NCBI GenBank assembly: GCA_964621195.1
Contig: CAZULJ010000002.1
Location: 83,665-147,664, forward strand
Length of the DNA: 64,000 bases
Direction: 5' to 3'
Origin: an uncultured Candidatus Saccharibacteria bacterium
Lineage (GTDB): Bacteria; Patescibacteriota; Dojkabacteria; SC72
Made by a program: the position numbers and the translations under genes. Shown here piece after piece: positions 39,565 through 50,100 of the stretch. Below the pieces are notes generated by a model. The model searched no databases. It saw nothing but the letters and a program-made list of their open reading frames with translations, and was not told the origin of the DNA. Every line of letters starts with the position of its first letter. Position 1 is the first letter of the stretch.

Positions 39565-39593
39565 TTGAAAAATCTTTAATCTACTGGTATTAT
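39565..39593 (+). promoter_or_regulatory. Promoter for tRNA-Lys
   Basis: TTGAAA-17-TATTAT. Confidence 0.55.
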
Positions 39594-39613
39594 TCTTTGT
39601 TTATATCTGAACT

Positions 39614-39686
39614 GGGTGTATAGCTCAATTGGTAGAGCAAACGGCTCTTAACCGTTAGGTTCAGGGTTCGAGCCCCTGTACACCCA
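39614..39686 (+). tRNA. tRNA-Lys (anticodon CTT), CCA not encoded
   Basis: GGGTGTA/TACACCC acceptor stem, AGCTCAATTGGTAGAGC D arm, AACGG-CTCTTAA-CCGTT anticodon arm, GGTTCGAG T loop. Confidence 0.96.
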
Positions 39687-39697
39687 TTTCCTCTTTT

Positions 39698-40177
39698 CTA
39701 GTGAACTATAAATGATTCTATGATAGGTTTAATATCTTCTGTATTATATTGAGGTTTAACTTTTACGACAAAAAGAGGTAGGCCAACATTTTTTAAAAGA
39801 ATATCAACAAAACTATCTCTTGTCTGTCTAGTAGGGTTTAAATGTGAAGATCCATTAAGTTCAATTACTGCTTTTATTTCAGAATTTTCATTATTTATTA
39901 GAACAAAATCAACGTGTTTAGCTATTACTCTGTTCTTATCACTTGTATAAGATTTTCCTTTCGATATTGGTTTTACAATATCAATTAGCCTAACTTTACA
40001 CATTATGGATATTGAAGAGGGAAGATTCTGAAAAAGAAATTTGTAAAAAGTTAGCTCTGAATGATTAAGTAGATATTGATTCTTTTGAAATTCAGGAACA
40101 GGTTCTTTTTTTAATAATTCGGCTATTATAAAAATGGCAATAAACAAAACAATTGGGATAATATAATATATTTCCAT
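39698..40177 (-). CDS. DUF2726 family protein (N-terminal TM, nuclease-like fold)
   Basis: LLNHSE..FY, KVRL.D, KHVDFVL, IELNGSSH, RD.F. Confidence 0.85.
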   Translation of the reverse strand: MEIYYIIPIVLFIAIFIIAELLKKEPVPEFQKNQYLLNHSELTFYKFLFQNLPSSISIMCKVRLIDIVKPISKGKSYTSDKNRVIAKHVDFVLINNENSEIKAVIELNGSSHLNPTRQTRDSFVDILLKNVGLPLFVVKVKPQYNTEDIKPIIESFIVH

Positions 40178-40248
40178 GAGTCAAGTATACAAATACTAAA
40201 TATCGTGGTCAACGTTCATTAATCTTCTGATACTTTGCAGTATACTGT

Positions 40249-40281
40249 TTAGGTTCGACATCCATCCCTGGACCCCCATTT
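40249..40281 (+). repeat. Degenerate direct repeat of the tRNA-Lys 3' half (att-like relic)
   Basis: TTAGGTTC identical to 39655-39662; CCCTGGACCCCCATTT matches 39674-39689 at 14/16. Confidence 0.5.
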
Positions 40282-40283
40282 TG

Positions 40284-40736
40284 CTAGCTTATTGGTATAC
40301 TCTCTTTCTCTTGATAATCTTCTTGGAATATCAGTTCAGGGTTTTCCCTTAATTCATTGTATAGCTGTTCTCTCGTGTATTGCCTAATTTCTGTTGGTGT
40401 TTGCTCTTCTGTGCAGTACCACTCTCCTGACTCACGAATATATTCCCAATTACCTTCATCTTTAGAGAAGGTAAATATGTATACTGTCTCGTCCATCAAT
40501 TTCTGATCTGGACGGTCATAAAGCATAACCCTTAGTTTCTTGTTATCTTCTGAAGGGATCGTTCCGAAAGAACAGACTCCTCTTAGTGCTGCGAATATCT
40601 TGGCATTAATCTCAGAGTCAGACGCAAAAATTACTCCACTAGGAGTTGAGCTAGGAAATTTGTGAATGTCATCGGGGTGTACAGGTTGTGGTTGGAACGG
40701 ACTCATATGTAGTTTGCTTCCTTTGTAGAGATTCAT
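40284..40736 (-). CDS. Hypothetical protein, possibly ADP-ribosyltransferase-like fold
   Basis: LYKGS...P...VIFASD....A..FA...VYIF...EW pattern. Confidence 0.55.
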   Translation of the reverse strand: MNLYKGSKLHMSPFQPQPVHPDDIHKFPSSTPSGVIFASDSEINAKIFAALRGVCSFGTIPSEDNKKLRVMLYDRPDQKLMDETVYIFTFSKDEGNWEYIRESGEWYCTEEQTPTEIRQYTREQLYNELRENPELIFQEDYQEKESIPIS

Positions 40737-40829
40737 TTATTCGAAATATTGCAAAATTAACTTTCTAAATTATACATAATTTGTTCTTCTATTCTTTACC
40801 AAGAACTTCCTTGTATGTAGAATATCATT

Positions 40830-41873
40830 ATGAATGGAGAAAAACCGTATGATCATAGTGATAACTATTTTAGGGAGGATGATAGCCCAAAACATTACGA
40901 TTCTCCCCTCTCAAGACGAACAATCAAAGAGGTTATTTCGCAAGAGAATAGCTTAAATTCCTCTGAGGATGACTTCCGTGCATCTGCGAATAAATCAAAA
41001 GAATTGTTACAACGTTACTATTCAGATCCTGCATACAGAGAATCATTAGAGGGTGCAAGGGCTTCTACGGATATCAGGGAGGGTGAAAAGTCTCCCCTCC
41101 TTATCTGTGAGGACGGTATCATTAGGAGTCGCGAGCATGCGAAGAATACTAATGGTGTCTATCTTCCTGGGGGATCCTCTCAAAGACTTGGGTATGGCCC
41201 TAAAGACATTCTTTCTGAGTCTACACCTTGGCTTCATATGTTTAGTGGTATTGAGTTTCGAAGCAACGCACAGGACCGATATTCAAAAGAACTTATAAGG
41301 TACTTAGGTGGAGTAATACCTATTGTTGTTCATGGGGAGGTAATTTCGGATAGAGTTTTAGAAAGGATTGAGATATCTGACAAATTGAGAGAAAGATTAC
41401 AAAGTACAGAAGCAGGACGCTTGATGCTTTCTTTATGTACCGTTTTACCAGCGGATATCATATCGTTGATTGAACTTGAAGATGATGTGCTATTAACCCC
41501 CAAGGAACCTACAAAAATGAAAGAAACCAAACCTAATAGAAATATATATTTCTTATCTATGAATAGCGGAGCCTTTGCTGTTAATCCCTCTGGCGTAGAA
41601 GAAACTAATTCTCTTACCCAACCATATTGTTTGAGGGATATTGTTAATCAGTATACTGAACAAATAGAAAAAGAGGGAGGTATTCCAGGAGATGGATGGG
41701 AACCTAGAAATACTGCATATGGAACAGTTGTCATGTTTGGAAATGCTGTCTTAGAGGAAGTCTTTGGGAATGGAAGATCTTTTGAAGACATCGAGGAAAA
41801 AGATCGTTTTCTTAATATCTTAATTGGAAAATATATTGCCCTAAAAGAAAGAAGCATGGTTGTTGAGTCTTAA
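40830..41873 (+). CDS. Hypothetical protein
   Basis: 347-aa ORF; no confident family assignment. Confidence 0.65.
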   Translation: MNGEKPYDHSDNYFREDDSPKHYDSPLSRRTIKEVISQENSLNSSEDDFRASANKSKELLQRYYSDPAYRESLEGARASTDIREGEKSPLLICEDGIIRSREHAKNTNGVYLPGGSSQRLGYGPKDILSESTPWLHMFSGIEFRSNAQDRYSKELIRYLGGVIPIVVHGEVISDRVLERIEISDKLRERLQSTEAGRLMLSLCTVLPADIISLIELEDDVLLTPKEPTKMKETKPNRNIYFLSMNSGAFAVNPSGVEETNSLTQPYCLRDIVNQYTEQIEKEGGIPGDGWEPRNTAYGTVVMFGNAVLEEVFGNGRSFEDIEEKDRFLNILIGKYIALKERSMVVES

Positions 41874-43465
41874 AGATCTTTCTTCATATAGAGTTTTTCA
41901 TCCTTAAACCCTCTCTTTCTATAGTACTCCCTTGTTCCTATTGCAGATATCACAGAAAGGCTAAGATAATTCTCTTTTTTTGCAATATCTTCTGCAATTT
42001 GAATCATCTTTTTACCAAGACCCAAATGTTGTGATTCACCAGAACTATTTTCACCAATATTAACTAAAGAACCGTATACATGTACCTCCCTTATCATTGC
42101 ACTACCTTTTATTTCATCTAGAAAAGAATCTTTTTTTGGTAGTGATAATCTTAGGAATGAGCATATCCTATCAGTAATTTTAGTTTTGTAAGATATGAAA
42201 TATTCTTTAGAAACGGTAGTCTCATACTCTATTACTTCTAAATCTAAATCTTCCCACCTAGCTACTTCATCCTTTATCTCTCTACTTCTAATATCCTCGA
42301 TATTCTTTCCCAAGCTTTCAATTTCTTTCTCTGCTATCTGTCTAAAGTTTGTACTTTTGTTTCCATCAATAATCTCATTAGAGGGAATATCTCTCACTAT
42401 TCTTGTTAATCTACAATACCTAGGAGTAGAGGGTAGAATATTTACAAACAATGTTAGTAATTCTTCTCTTGTGTACGGTTTGTATTTACCCTCTCTGTAA
42501 TATTTTTCTAGTATGGTATTTTCAATGATTGAAGTAGGGTAGATCTTAAGTTCATCGGGAATATATTCTTTGTTCCAGAGTTTTTTGTAATCTTGTATAT
42601 CTTTTTCTACAGAGGATCCATATAGATTTGGCATCCAATGTGCGTGTATTTTAAATCCTGCTAATCTAAGTAATTCAAATGCTTTTTTGGTTTCCTTTAT
42701 TGTATGTCCTCTCCTATTTAATTCTAGTATTTCGTTATCTAGACTCTGTATACCTATTTGTATTTTTGTTGCACCAAGTTTTCTTAATCTGATTATTTCC
42801 TCTTCTGTTATGTAATCAGGTCTAGTTTCAAGTACTAGACCAACATTTCTACATACGGTTGTTTCATTTATTCTTTGTGATTCAAAGAGATCTTCCCAAG
42901 ATATATTCTCTATACCCCTATCGTCTGAATAGTTGGTATTTCCGAAGCTATTCATTGCATCAAAACATCTTTTTACAAACCATATGATGTACTGTTCTGG
43001 ATAGAAGGAACATGTTCCTCCAAGTATTATTAACTCTATCTTGTCTGTATTATGTCCAATGTTTTGTAATGCCTTTATACGATTGTATGTTTGATTGAAG
43101 GGGTCAAATTCATTCTTTAAAGCTCTCTGTGCCCCTGGTTCACTAGAGATATATGATTTAGGCATATTCATATCATTTGGGCAGAATATACACTGTCCTG
43201 GGCATGCAAAGGGCTTCATGAGTACAGTGACAGTAGCTACCCCAGACTGAGTTCTAGTAGGTTTCATCCTAATTCTTTCCTCTATCTTTTTGTTAGGAAT
43301 GACATCTTTGTCACTTACCAATCTCTTGTACATTTCTACTAACTCATCGTGCCTATACAACCCCTTACCATCTTTGGGATATCTCTTAAGTATTGTTTGA
43401 AGGGAGTTCTCTCTCCATGTTTTTGTATTTTCTATTTGTTCAAAAATCTCTTTGAAATCTTGCAT
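41870..43465 (-). CDS. elp3: Elp3-family tRNA U34 carboxymethyltransferase (radical SAM + GNAT)
   Basis: KPTRTQSGVA, CPGQCIFCP, ETRPD, LKIYP, IREVHVYG, QHLGLG, VISAIGTREYYRKRG. Confidence 0.93.
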   Translation of the reverse strand: MQDFKEIFEQIENTKTWRENSLQTILKRYPKDGKGLYRHDELVEMYKRLVSDKDVIPNKKIEERIRMKPTRTQSGVATVTVLMKPFACPGQCIFCPNDMNMPKSYISSEPGAQRALKNEFDPFNQTYNRIKALQNIGHNTDKIELIILGGTCSFYPEQYIIWFVKRCFDAMNSFGNTNYSDDRGIENISWEDLFESQRINETTVCRNVGLVLETRPDYITEEEIIRLRKLGATKIQIGIQSLDNEILELNRRGHTIKETKKAFELLRLAGFKIHAHWMPNLYGSSVEKDIQDYKKLWNKEYIPDELKIYPTSIIENTILEKYYREGKYKPYTREELLTLFVNILPSTPRYCRLTRIVRDIPSNEIIDGNKSTNFRQIAEKEIESLGKNIEDIRSREIKDEVARWEDLDLEVIEYETTVSKEYFISYKTKITDRICSFLRLSLPKKDSFLDEIKGSAMIREVHVYGSLVNIGENSSGESQHLGLGKKMIQIAEDIAKKENYLSLSVISAIGTREYYRKRGFKDEKLYMKKDL

Positions 43466-43476
43466 CCTGTATTATA

Positions 43477-44697
43477 CTACGACCTTGCAGCTAAAATCCC
43501 TGTACTCCAACATATTTGTAAATTGTATCCACCAGTTGGACCATATACATCAATTATCTCTCCTGCGAAGTAAAGATTTTTAACAATCTTAGATTGCATA
43601 GTTTTAGGATCAATTTCTTTAATATTTACTCCCCCTGCTGTAACTATCGCTTTATCCCAAGAGCCTATCTCTTGAACGGTTAACCTAAAATCTTTCAAAA
43701 GTGTAAGTATCTTTAGACGATCATCTCTAGTTATCTCAAATCCCTGTTTTGAGGAAGGGATTTCGCTTCTTTCAATCACAATGGGTATTAAGGATGAAGG
43801 TAAGAGTTCTTTCAGTATTGTTCTTAAATTTTTCTTACTATTTATCCTTAACTCCTCCTGTAATCTGGTATCTAGCTCTTGTGTAGGTATAGCGGGTTTA
43901 AAGTCTATGCTTAACTCTACTTCGCCTTGTTCTAGTGCATCCCCAACAATTCTAGACATATCTATTACAATTGGTCCACTCAAACCTTCGTGAGTAAAGA
44001 GTGCTTCTCCAAATTTACTAATGATTCTTTTCTCTGCTTGGTATGCTGATATTGTCACATATTTTAATGAGAGGCCAGCAAGGTCTTTAACCCAATTTTC
44101 TTTACAAAGAATGGGTACAAGAGCTGGCTTTGGTTGTACAATTGTATGCCCGACACTTTGTGCAAGTGTATATCCATCACCATTTGATCCTGTTACTGGG
44201 TATGATTTCCCTCCTGTAGCTAATATATATTTCTTTGCTTTAAATTCTCCTTTGTATGTATTTACAGAGGTTATTGCTTCTCCCTCCATATTGAAATTGA
44301 GTACTGAGGTATTAGGTAGGATATTCTCTCCTACAAGATGCTGAAATGCATATACAATATCTACGGCTTTGTCACTTTCGGGAAATACCCTTTTTCCTCT
44401 TTCTACCTTTAGTGGTACTTTAAGTACTTCTTCAAAGTATTGGAGAGTATCTTTTACAGTAAATCTTGAGAAAGCTCCGTAGAGGAATTTCCCATTTCTT
44501 TGATATTTGGATATTAGATCATCTAAATCAAGATTGTAGTTTGTTACGTTACATCTACCTTTGCCTGTTAGTACTATCTTTTTACCAGGCCTAGGATTTC
44601 TCTCGATTATTAGAAAGTTCTCGCCTCTCCTTTTACATTCAACACCAGCCATTAAGCCTGCAGCTCCTCCCCCAATTATTATTGTGTCGTATATCAT
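43477..44697 (-). CDS. HI0933/BaiN/RdsA family flavoprotein
   Basis: GGGAAG, GKGRCNVTN, ATGGKSYP.TGS.GDGY, LFTH.G.SGP, VTAGGV, GE..D..G.TGGYNLQ. Confidence 0.93.
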   Translation of the reverse strand: MIYDTIIIGGGAAGLMAGVECKRRGENFLIIERNPRPGKKIVLTGKGRCNVTNYNLDLDDLISKYQRNGKFLYGAFSRFTVKDTLQYFEEVLKVPLKVERGKRVFPESDKAVDIVYAFQHLVGENILPNTSVLNFNMEGEAITSVNTYKGEFKAKKYILATGGKSYPVTGSNGDGYTLAQSVGHTIVQPKPALVPILCKENWVKDLAGLSLKYVTISAYQAEKRIISKFGEALFTHEGLSGPIVIDMSRIVGDALEQGEVELSIDFKPAIPTQELDTRLQEELRINSKKNLRTILKELLPSSLIPIVIERSEIPSSKQGFEITRDDRLKILTLLKDFRLTVQEIGSWDKAIVTAGGVNIKEIDPKTMQSKIVKNLYFAGEIIDVYGPTGGYNLQICWSTGILAARS

Positions 44698-44780
44698 CTT
44701 GCAATTATACTATTTATTTCTGTTGATGGTGGTAAACATATGTATTAGAATTAGTGAATAACTTGAGAGAAGAAAGATTC

Positions 44781-45380
44781 ATGATCGAGAAGAACAAGGA
44801 AAAAACTCTAGTAGTATTTAAACCAGATATTTTACAAAGACAGATAGTGGGGGATATTATCTCCAGATTTGAAAGAAAAGGGTTTAAGATTGTAGGAATG
44901 AAGATGTTAACACCAAGTAGAGAGTTAGTAGGTAAGCATTATGAAGACAAGAAAGAGTATTTAATGGAAACTGGTGAGAAGGCAAAGAAAGGCGCTATTG
45001 CAAGGGGGGAAGATGTAAGTAATTGGGATTCTCTTGCTCACGGTAAATGGATTAGGGAATCTAATATCAACTATCTAACATGTGGTCCCGTTTTAGCTAT
45101 CGTACTGCAAGGTTTTGGGGTAATTACAGGTGTAAGAAAGATGTTGGGTAGTACTAGTCCTGCAGATGGTGATGTTGGAACAATTCGTGCAGATTTTTCT
45201 CTTGATTGTTTTGCATTAGCAAATGAACAGGGTAGGGTTACAAGGAGTATGGTACATGCTTCTGATAGTGTTGAGAGCGCAGAAAGGGAGATTGGTTTGT
45301 GGTTTAATCCAACAGAAATTTCTGAATATGAGACTGCTGCTGAAAAAATATTCTATGATGTTGGTTGGAGTAATAGCTAG
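44781..45380 (+). CDS. ndk: Nucleoside diphosphate kinase
   Basis: EKTLVVFKPD, RFERKG, GTIRADF, VHASDS, AEREI.LWF. Confidence 0.93.
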   Translation: MIEKNKEKTLVVFKPDILQRQIVGDIISRFERKGFKIVGMKMLTPSRELVGKHYEDKKEYLMETGEKAKKGAIARGEDVSNWDSLAHGKWIRESNINYLTCGPVLAIVLQGFGVITGVRKMLGSTSPADGDVGTIRADFSLDCFALANEQGRVTRSMVHASDSVESAEREIGLWFNPTEISEYETAAEKIFYDVGWSNS

Positions 45381-46030
45381 AGTTTTAAGATGTCTTCTAC
45401 AAGAGACTTTTTTTCTTTGTTAAGGGTTGAGTTGCTAATCTTAACCTCTATTTCTTGTATAGATATTTTTCCTTCAAAGAACATTTTTAATCTCTCAAAA
45501 TCCTTTTCTAAGGTTGATTTCAAGGTAGGGTTATACAATGCTACCGCAGGATGATACATTGGAAAGATAGGGATGCCGGTACTGTGTTTGTATGCTTGTC
45601 CATGAGCTACGGAGATCTTTAAATCAGGTATGAATCTTTCTAGGGCATGTTTTCCAAGTGGGATTATGATCCTTGGTTGTATATACAAAAGTTCTGCATT
45701 AACCCATGTTCTGCATGCCTCCTTTTCTTCTGGAAGAGGATCTCTGTTTGCAGGAGGTCTGTACTTTACAACATTTGTTACATATACATCTTCTCTTTTG
45801 TATCCTACTATTCCAAGTAGTTCATCCAGTAAATGACCTGCTGCTCCTACAAATGGTCTTCCCTGTTTGTCTTCATTCATACCTGGTGCTTCACCTACAA
45901 AAACTATTCCTGAAGTAGGTTTTTTAAGTTCATATACCGGTTGTGTAGCACTTCTTTTAAGTGCACATCTGTTATGTACTGAGAAATATTCGTGTATTTC
46001 TTTTAGACTTTTAAAATCTTCTATTTTCAT
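45377..46030 (-). CDS. Uracil-DNA glycosylase, family 4-like
   Basis: VGEAPG..ED.QGRPFVG.AG, TNVVK.RPP.NRDP, YHPA. Confidence 0.92.
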   Translation of the reverse strand: MKIEDFKSLKEIHEYFSVHNRCALKRSATQPVYELKKPTSGIVFVGEAPGMNEDKQGRPFVGAAGHLLDELLGIVGYKREDVYVTNVVKYRPPANRDPLPEEKEACRTWVNAELLYIQPRIIIPLGKHALERFIPDLKISVAHGQAYKHSTGIPIFPMYHPAVALYNPTLKSTLEKDFERLKMFFEGKISIQEIEVKISNSTLNKEKKSLVEDILKL

Positions 46031-46106
46031 CTCTTCTTGATTATATCAATTAATGTAGGGATATTTTTGTAGTATAATCGGGGGAAGTTATTTTTTTAAG
46101 GATAAT

Positions 46107-47114
46107 ATGAAAAAAGTTGAATACAAAGTAGAGGTTTTTACAGGTATTAGACCATCTGGTGGTCTTACTATTGCTAATGCTATTGGTGCTGTAAACCCTA
46201 TTGTAAAACTACAAAATGAAGAAGAGATAGGTAATACGATGGTATTTGTAGCAGACTTACATGCTTTAACTGATGGTGAACCAAATGAGACACAGGGTCA
46301 TGTATTGGATGTTGTTAAGGACTATATCGCACTGGGTTTGGATCCTAAAAGAAACAGTATATTTGTACAATCCTCTTTAATTCAGGAGATCGGTGAATTA
46401 AATTTATATCTTTCAAGACTAGTAACTATTGCCGAGTTAATGAGAGTACCAACATTAAAGGAGAAGATAAAGAAGGGGCAGAATGAGAGTAATGCCAATT
46501 CTCTTTTAGCTATGTACCCTATTATGATGGCATCTGATATTCTTTTGCAAAGATCTGAGTATGTACCTGTTGGTGAGGATCAGGTTGCTCATATTGAGAT
46601 TACTAGAGTATTAGCACAAAAATTTAACAAGAAGTATGGTGAGACATTACCATTGCCAAAGGTTTTATCCTTAGGTGCACCAGTGAGAGTAAAGTCTTTA
46701 AATGGTAACGGTAAGATGAGTAAGAGTGATCCTAGTGGAGCAATACTGCTTGATGATCCAATAGAAGTATCCCTTAACAAGATTAAGAGAGCTCAGACAG
46801 CATTCGCGAAGGAGAGCTCAGATTCTCTAGATGCTTTAATTATGATTGGTGAGTATGTTTCAAATGAGGAGGAGAAAGAGCAGTTGAAGGGAATAATTAA
46901 GAGGCATTATGAAGGTGAGAATGTTATGGGTGAATTTAAATCTGCTTTGAGTATTCCATTAGAGAGATTCTTAACAGAGTTCCAATCTAAAAAGAATGAG
47001 ATTAGTAACCAGGATATTGAAAAGAAAATTATAGAGGATTGTGCAATAGCGAAAAAGAATGCTCAAGAAACTATCTCTATGGTTCGCAAGGCAATGGGTT
47101 TAAGATATATCTAA
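46107..47114 (+). CDS. trpS: Tryptophan--tRNA ligase
   Basis: TGIRPSG.LTIAN (TIGN-like), ADLHALT, YPIMMASDIL, VPVGEDQ..H, KMSKS. Confidence 0.95.
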   Translation: MKKVEYKVEVFTGIRPSGGLTIANAIGAVNPIVKLQNEEEIGNTMVFVADLHALTDGEPNETQGHVLDVVKDYIALGLDPKRNSIFVQSSLIQEIGELNLYLSRLVTIAELMRVPTLKEKIKKGQNESNANSLLAMYPIMMASDILLQRSEYVPVGEDQVAHIEITRVLAQKFNKKYGETLPLPKVLSLGAPVRVKSLNGNGKMSKSDPSGAILLDDPIEVSLNKIKRAQTAFAKESSDSLDALIMIGEYVSNEEEKEQLKGIIKRHYEGENVMGEFKSALSIPLERFLTEFQSKKNEISNQDIEKKIIEDCAIAKKNAQETISMVRKAMGLRYI

Positions 47115-50100
47115 ATCTTTTGAATCTTTAATTTCCTGCTTACAAGCATCTTTCCTTTGGACTCTATTTCTGTATTACCTTCAACAATTTTTACACTGTT
47201 GTCTGTTGTTTCTATTACAAATTCCCCTTTCTCAGAGATATCAAATGAGTACTTTCCATTTTCATCTGTAACTCTCTTTGCAACAATTTTGTCAAAATCT
47301 TTGTCTTTAAGTACCAAGGTAATATTTGAAGCTGGTGTTCCATCGGTATATGTTACCTTTCCGGATTTCTTACCCAAAGAGGTGAAGCTTTTAATCAAGA
47401 CATAGGTTGTTGGTATGTACAGGAGTAGGAGTGCAAGATTTGCTAGGCTTGATTCTTTGTTGTATACGTAGAGTGCTGTAGTTACTCCTGCCAAGAAGAG
47501 TATGCTGTTTAGGAATGGTAGTATCAAAGAGATTCCACTTCTAATTACTGTCAATGTTTTTTGGTTGGAGAGATCCTTTTTGGGATCCATGGGTATTACT
47601 ACATTGATCTCATTTTCTAACAATCTAATCTTTTCTCCGTGGTATACATTTGAAAGTGGGTAGTCTTCTCTTCCAATTATTAATCTTGATGGGAATGAGA
47701 AGTTTCTTTTCTTAACTTCGAGTATGTAATCTCCTGCTTCTAAACCAACTCTAAAGAGACCTTGCCCATCTGTCACACTGGTTTCTACAAGTTTCTCGGA
47801 TAGATCATATATTCTAACTATAGCTTGTTGAAGTGGGGCTCTTGTGACTGAATCATATACATATCCTGATGGGAATCTTTTTCTCCTAAACCCTAATGTA
47901 CTCAGTATATTTATTACAACTTGTGAAATTGAGTATCCAAGCTGTCCAATATTTCCTAGTACAGAGGCTAAACTTACAGATACTGTTACTGCAGTTGTTG
48001 TTGCTGCAACTGTTGTAAGTTGTTCCTGTTCAATATTCCCCAGTGGTGTTTGATCCAAACTCTCAATTGTTTTTGTAATTGCTCCTTCTACTGCTTGGGT
48101 TATTACTTTTGTTACACTACTTTGTGGTGTACTTGTGGGAGTTTCTTTTTCCTGGGTAATAATTACTTCTCCTTGTCCACCAGTTCCTACTAAACCATCT
48201 GCAATCCAATACATTACTCCTGATACGCTTGCTTGGGAGACTGTTACATCAGATCCTTCGACTTTTTGTTTTTGTGGGAATGTCCCAGTATAGAGGACTC
48301 CATTTGGACAATCTTGTGATACTTCTTCTAATGTAGTGGCTTCTGGACATATTCTAAAACCGTTATCACTGTCTTTCTTTACAACATACATTGTAAATTT
48401 GTCTGTTAAACCGTGTGTTTGATTAATTTTAACAACACTCTTTCCCTCGGATGGGGATGATTTGATTATTGCATTACTCCAATCTCTGTTGTCTGTAAAT
48501 GAAATAGGGAGATCGGCGACTATATACTCATCTGTAAGTACCCTTACTTTTTGTGTTCCTGTTTGTGCTCCATCTATAGTACTAACATCTATTTGTGTAT
48601 TATCTACAAGTGCTGTTGTTATTTCTTCTGGCTTGTTTACAATTATGGAGTATGTTTTACCAGTGTTACTCTCTACATAGTTTGTTTCTACATTAGAACT
48701 GTTTATAGCCTTTGCTCTGAAGGAGTACTGAACCCCTGGTTCTAGATTCCTAAATATTATCCCACTAGTACCACCCCAAGAGGTATAGCTTCCCCAGACT
48801 GGACTATCGACTAATGTTTGGGTTGAGTAATCAAGATATTTCCCGCTGTTCTTTTCCTGTATTGCGAATCTAGTCGAGGAGGGATTTGTATTTCTATCAA
48901 ATTTGATCCTACCAGTACTTCCTCCAATTGTCTCAAATGTAAGATCTTTTGGTGTATTTGCCCATGTTGTAACTGTTACATTTTCAGACCATTGAGAGTA
49001 TACATTATCTGAATTTACTGTTCTGACTTTGAATGTATATGTTGTATTGGGTGGTAGATTAGAGAGTGTGAAATTACTTGTTACCCTTGTATCTGTGTGC
49101 AATACAGTACTGTTTGTAAACCTGTTCTCATTATCTATATTACCATTTGTAGTGACTTCCAGTAGTTGGTAGGTAGTATTTGTTGGGTTACCATTCTTGT
49201 TCACAGTGATCTCAATTGATGATGAGCCTGTTACCCTTGTTGTTAATGTAGATGTCTTTGAGAGTGTATATGCACTTAAGCTTTGTGAGCATGGTGTTTG
49301 TATATTTTCAATATTCTTTGCTTTTACACAGAATGTATACAAGGTATTGGGAGATAGGTTTTGAATATTTAACCCAGTAAATCCTCCAATTTCTTCATAT
49401 GTTTTCCAAAGAGTTTGCGATGTCAAAGATGCACTATCTACACTCTTGTTGCTGATTGTTTCTAGAAGATTGTAAAGTGTTGTATCGTTGTTTCCTCCGT
49501 TGTTTACTACTACCTTTACTGTTGTTGTATCAATTGCCTCTACAGATACTATGCTTGGTGAGTTTGAGAGTGTAGTAACAGTTTGTTCTCCGCTAAATGC
49601 AGTATCAACAAGATCGATGTTTTGAGCTTTTGCTCTGAAGGTGTATGTAATATTAGGATTAAGACCATATATTGTAATTCCATCTGTAAGTCCTAGCTGT
49701 GTGTATGTTGAGTAGTAGGGGGACTCTTGTAGTAATTGTGTTTCAGAGTTAAGGTAGAGGCCGGAAGTTTTCTCTTCTATGAGATATTTTGTAACTTCTG
49801 GATTTTCTTTGATATCTATCTTTACTGTTATACTCTCTGCGTCATAGTTTCCTTGTTGTATATCAAATATTGCAGGTGTTTGAGCGAATGTGCTGCCCTG
49901 TACTGTGTTTGAGAAATCACTCTCTGCAATATTGTTGTAGATCTTAAATTTGCGAGTATATGTTGTATTTGTTTGTAAAGAATCCTCTGTACATGAGGTT
50001 ATACCATCACCTAAACATGTTTTAAGTAAATCTCCGCTTTCATTGTAGACTTTTATACCTAATACTGTGTCTGAGTAAGCAGAAATTCTCCATGTTATCT

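Noticed and set aside
40830-41873. Glutamine amidotransferase/peptidase S51 assignment from YLPGGS and SMNSGA
   Set aside because: The resemblance is too weak and no complete catalytic set is recognisable.
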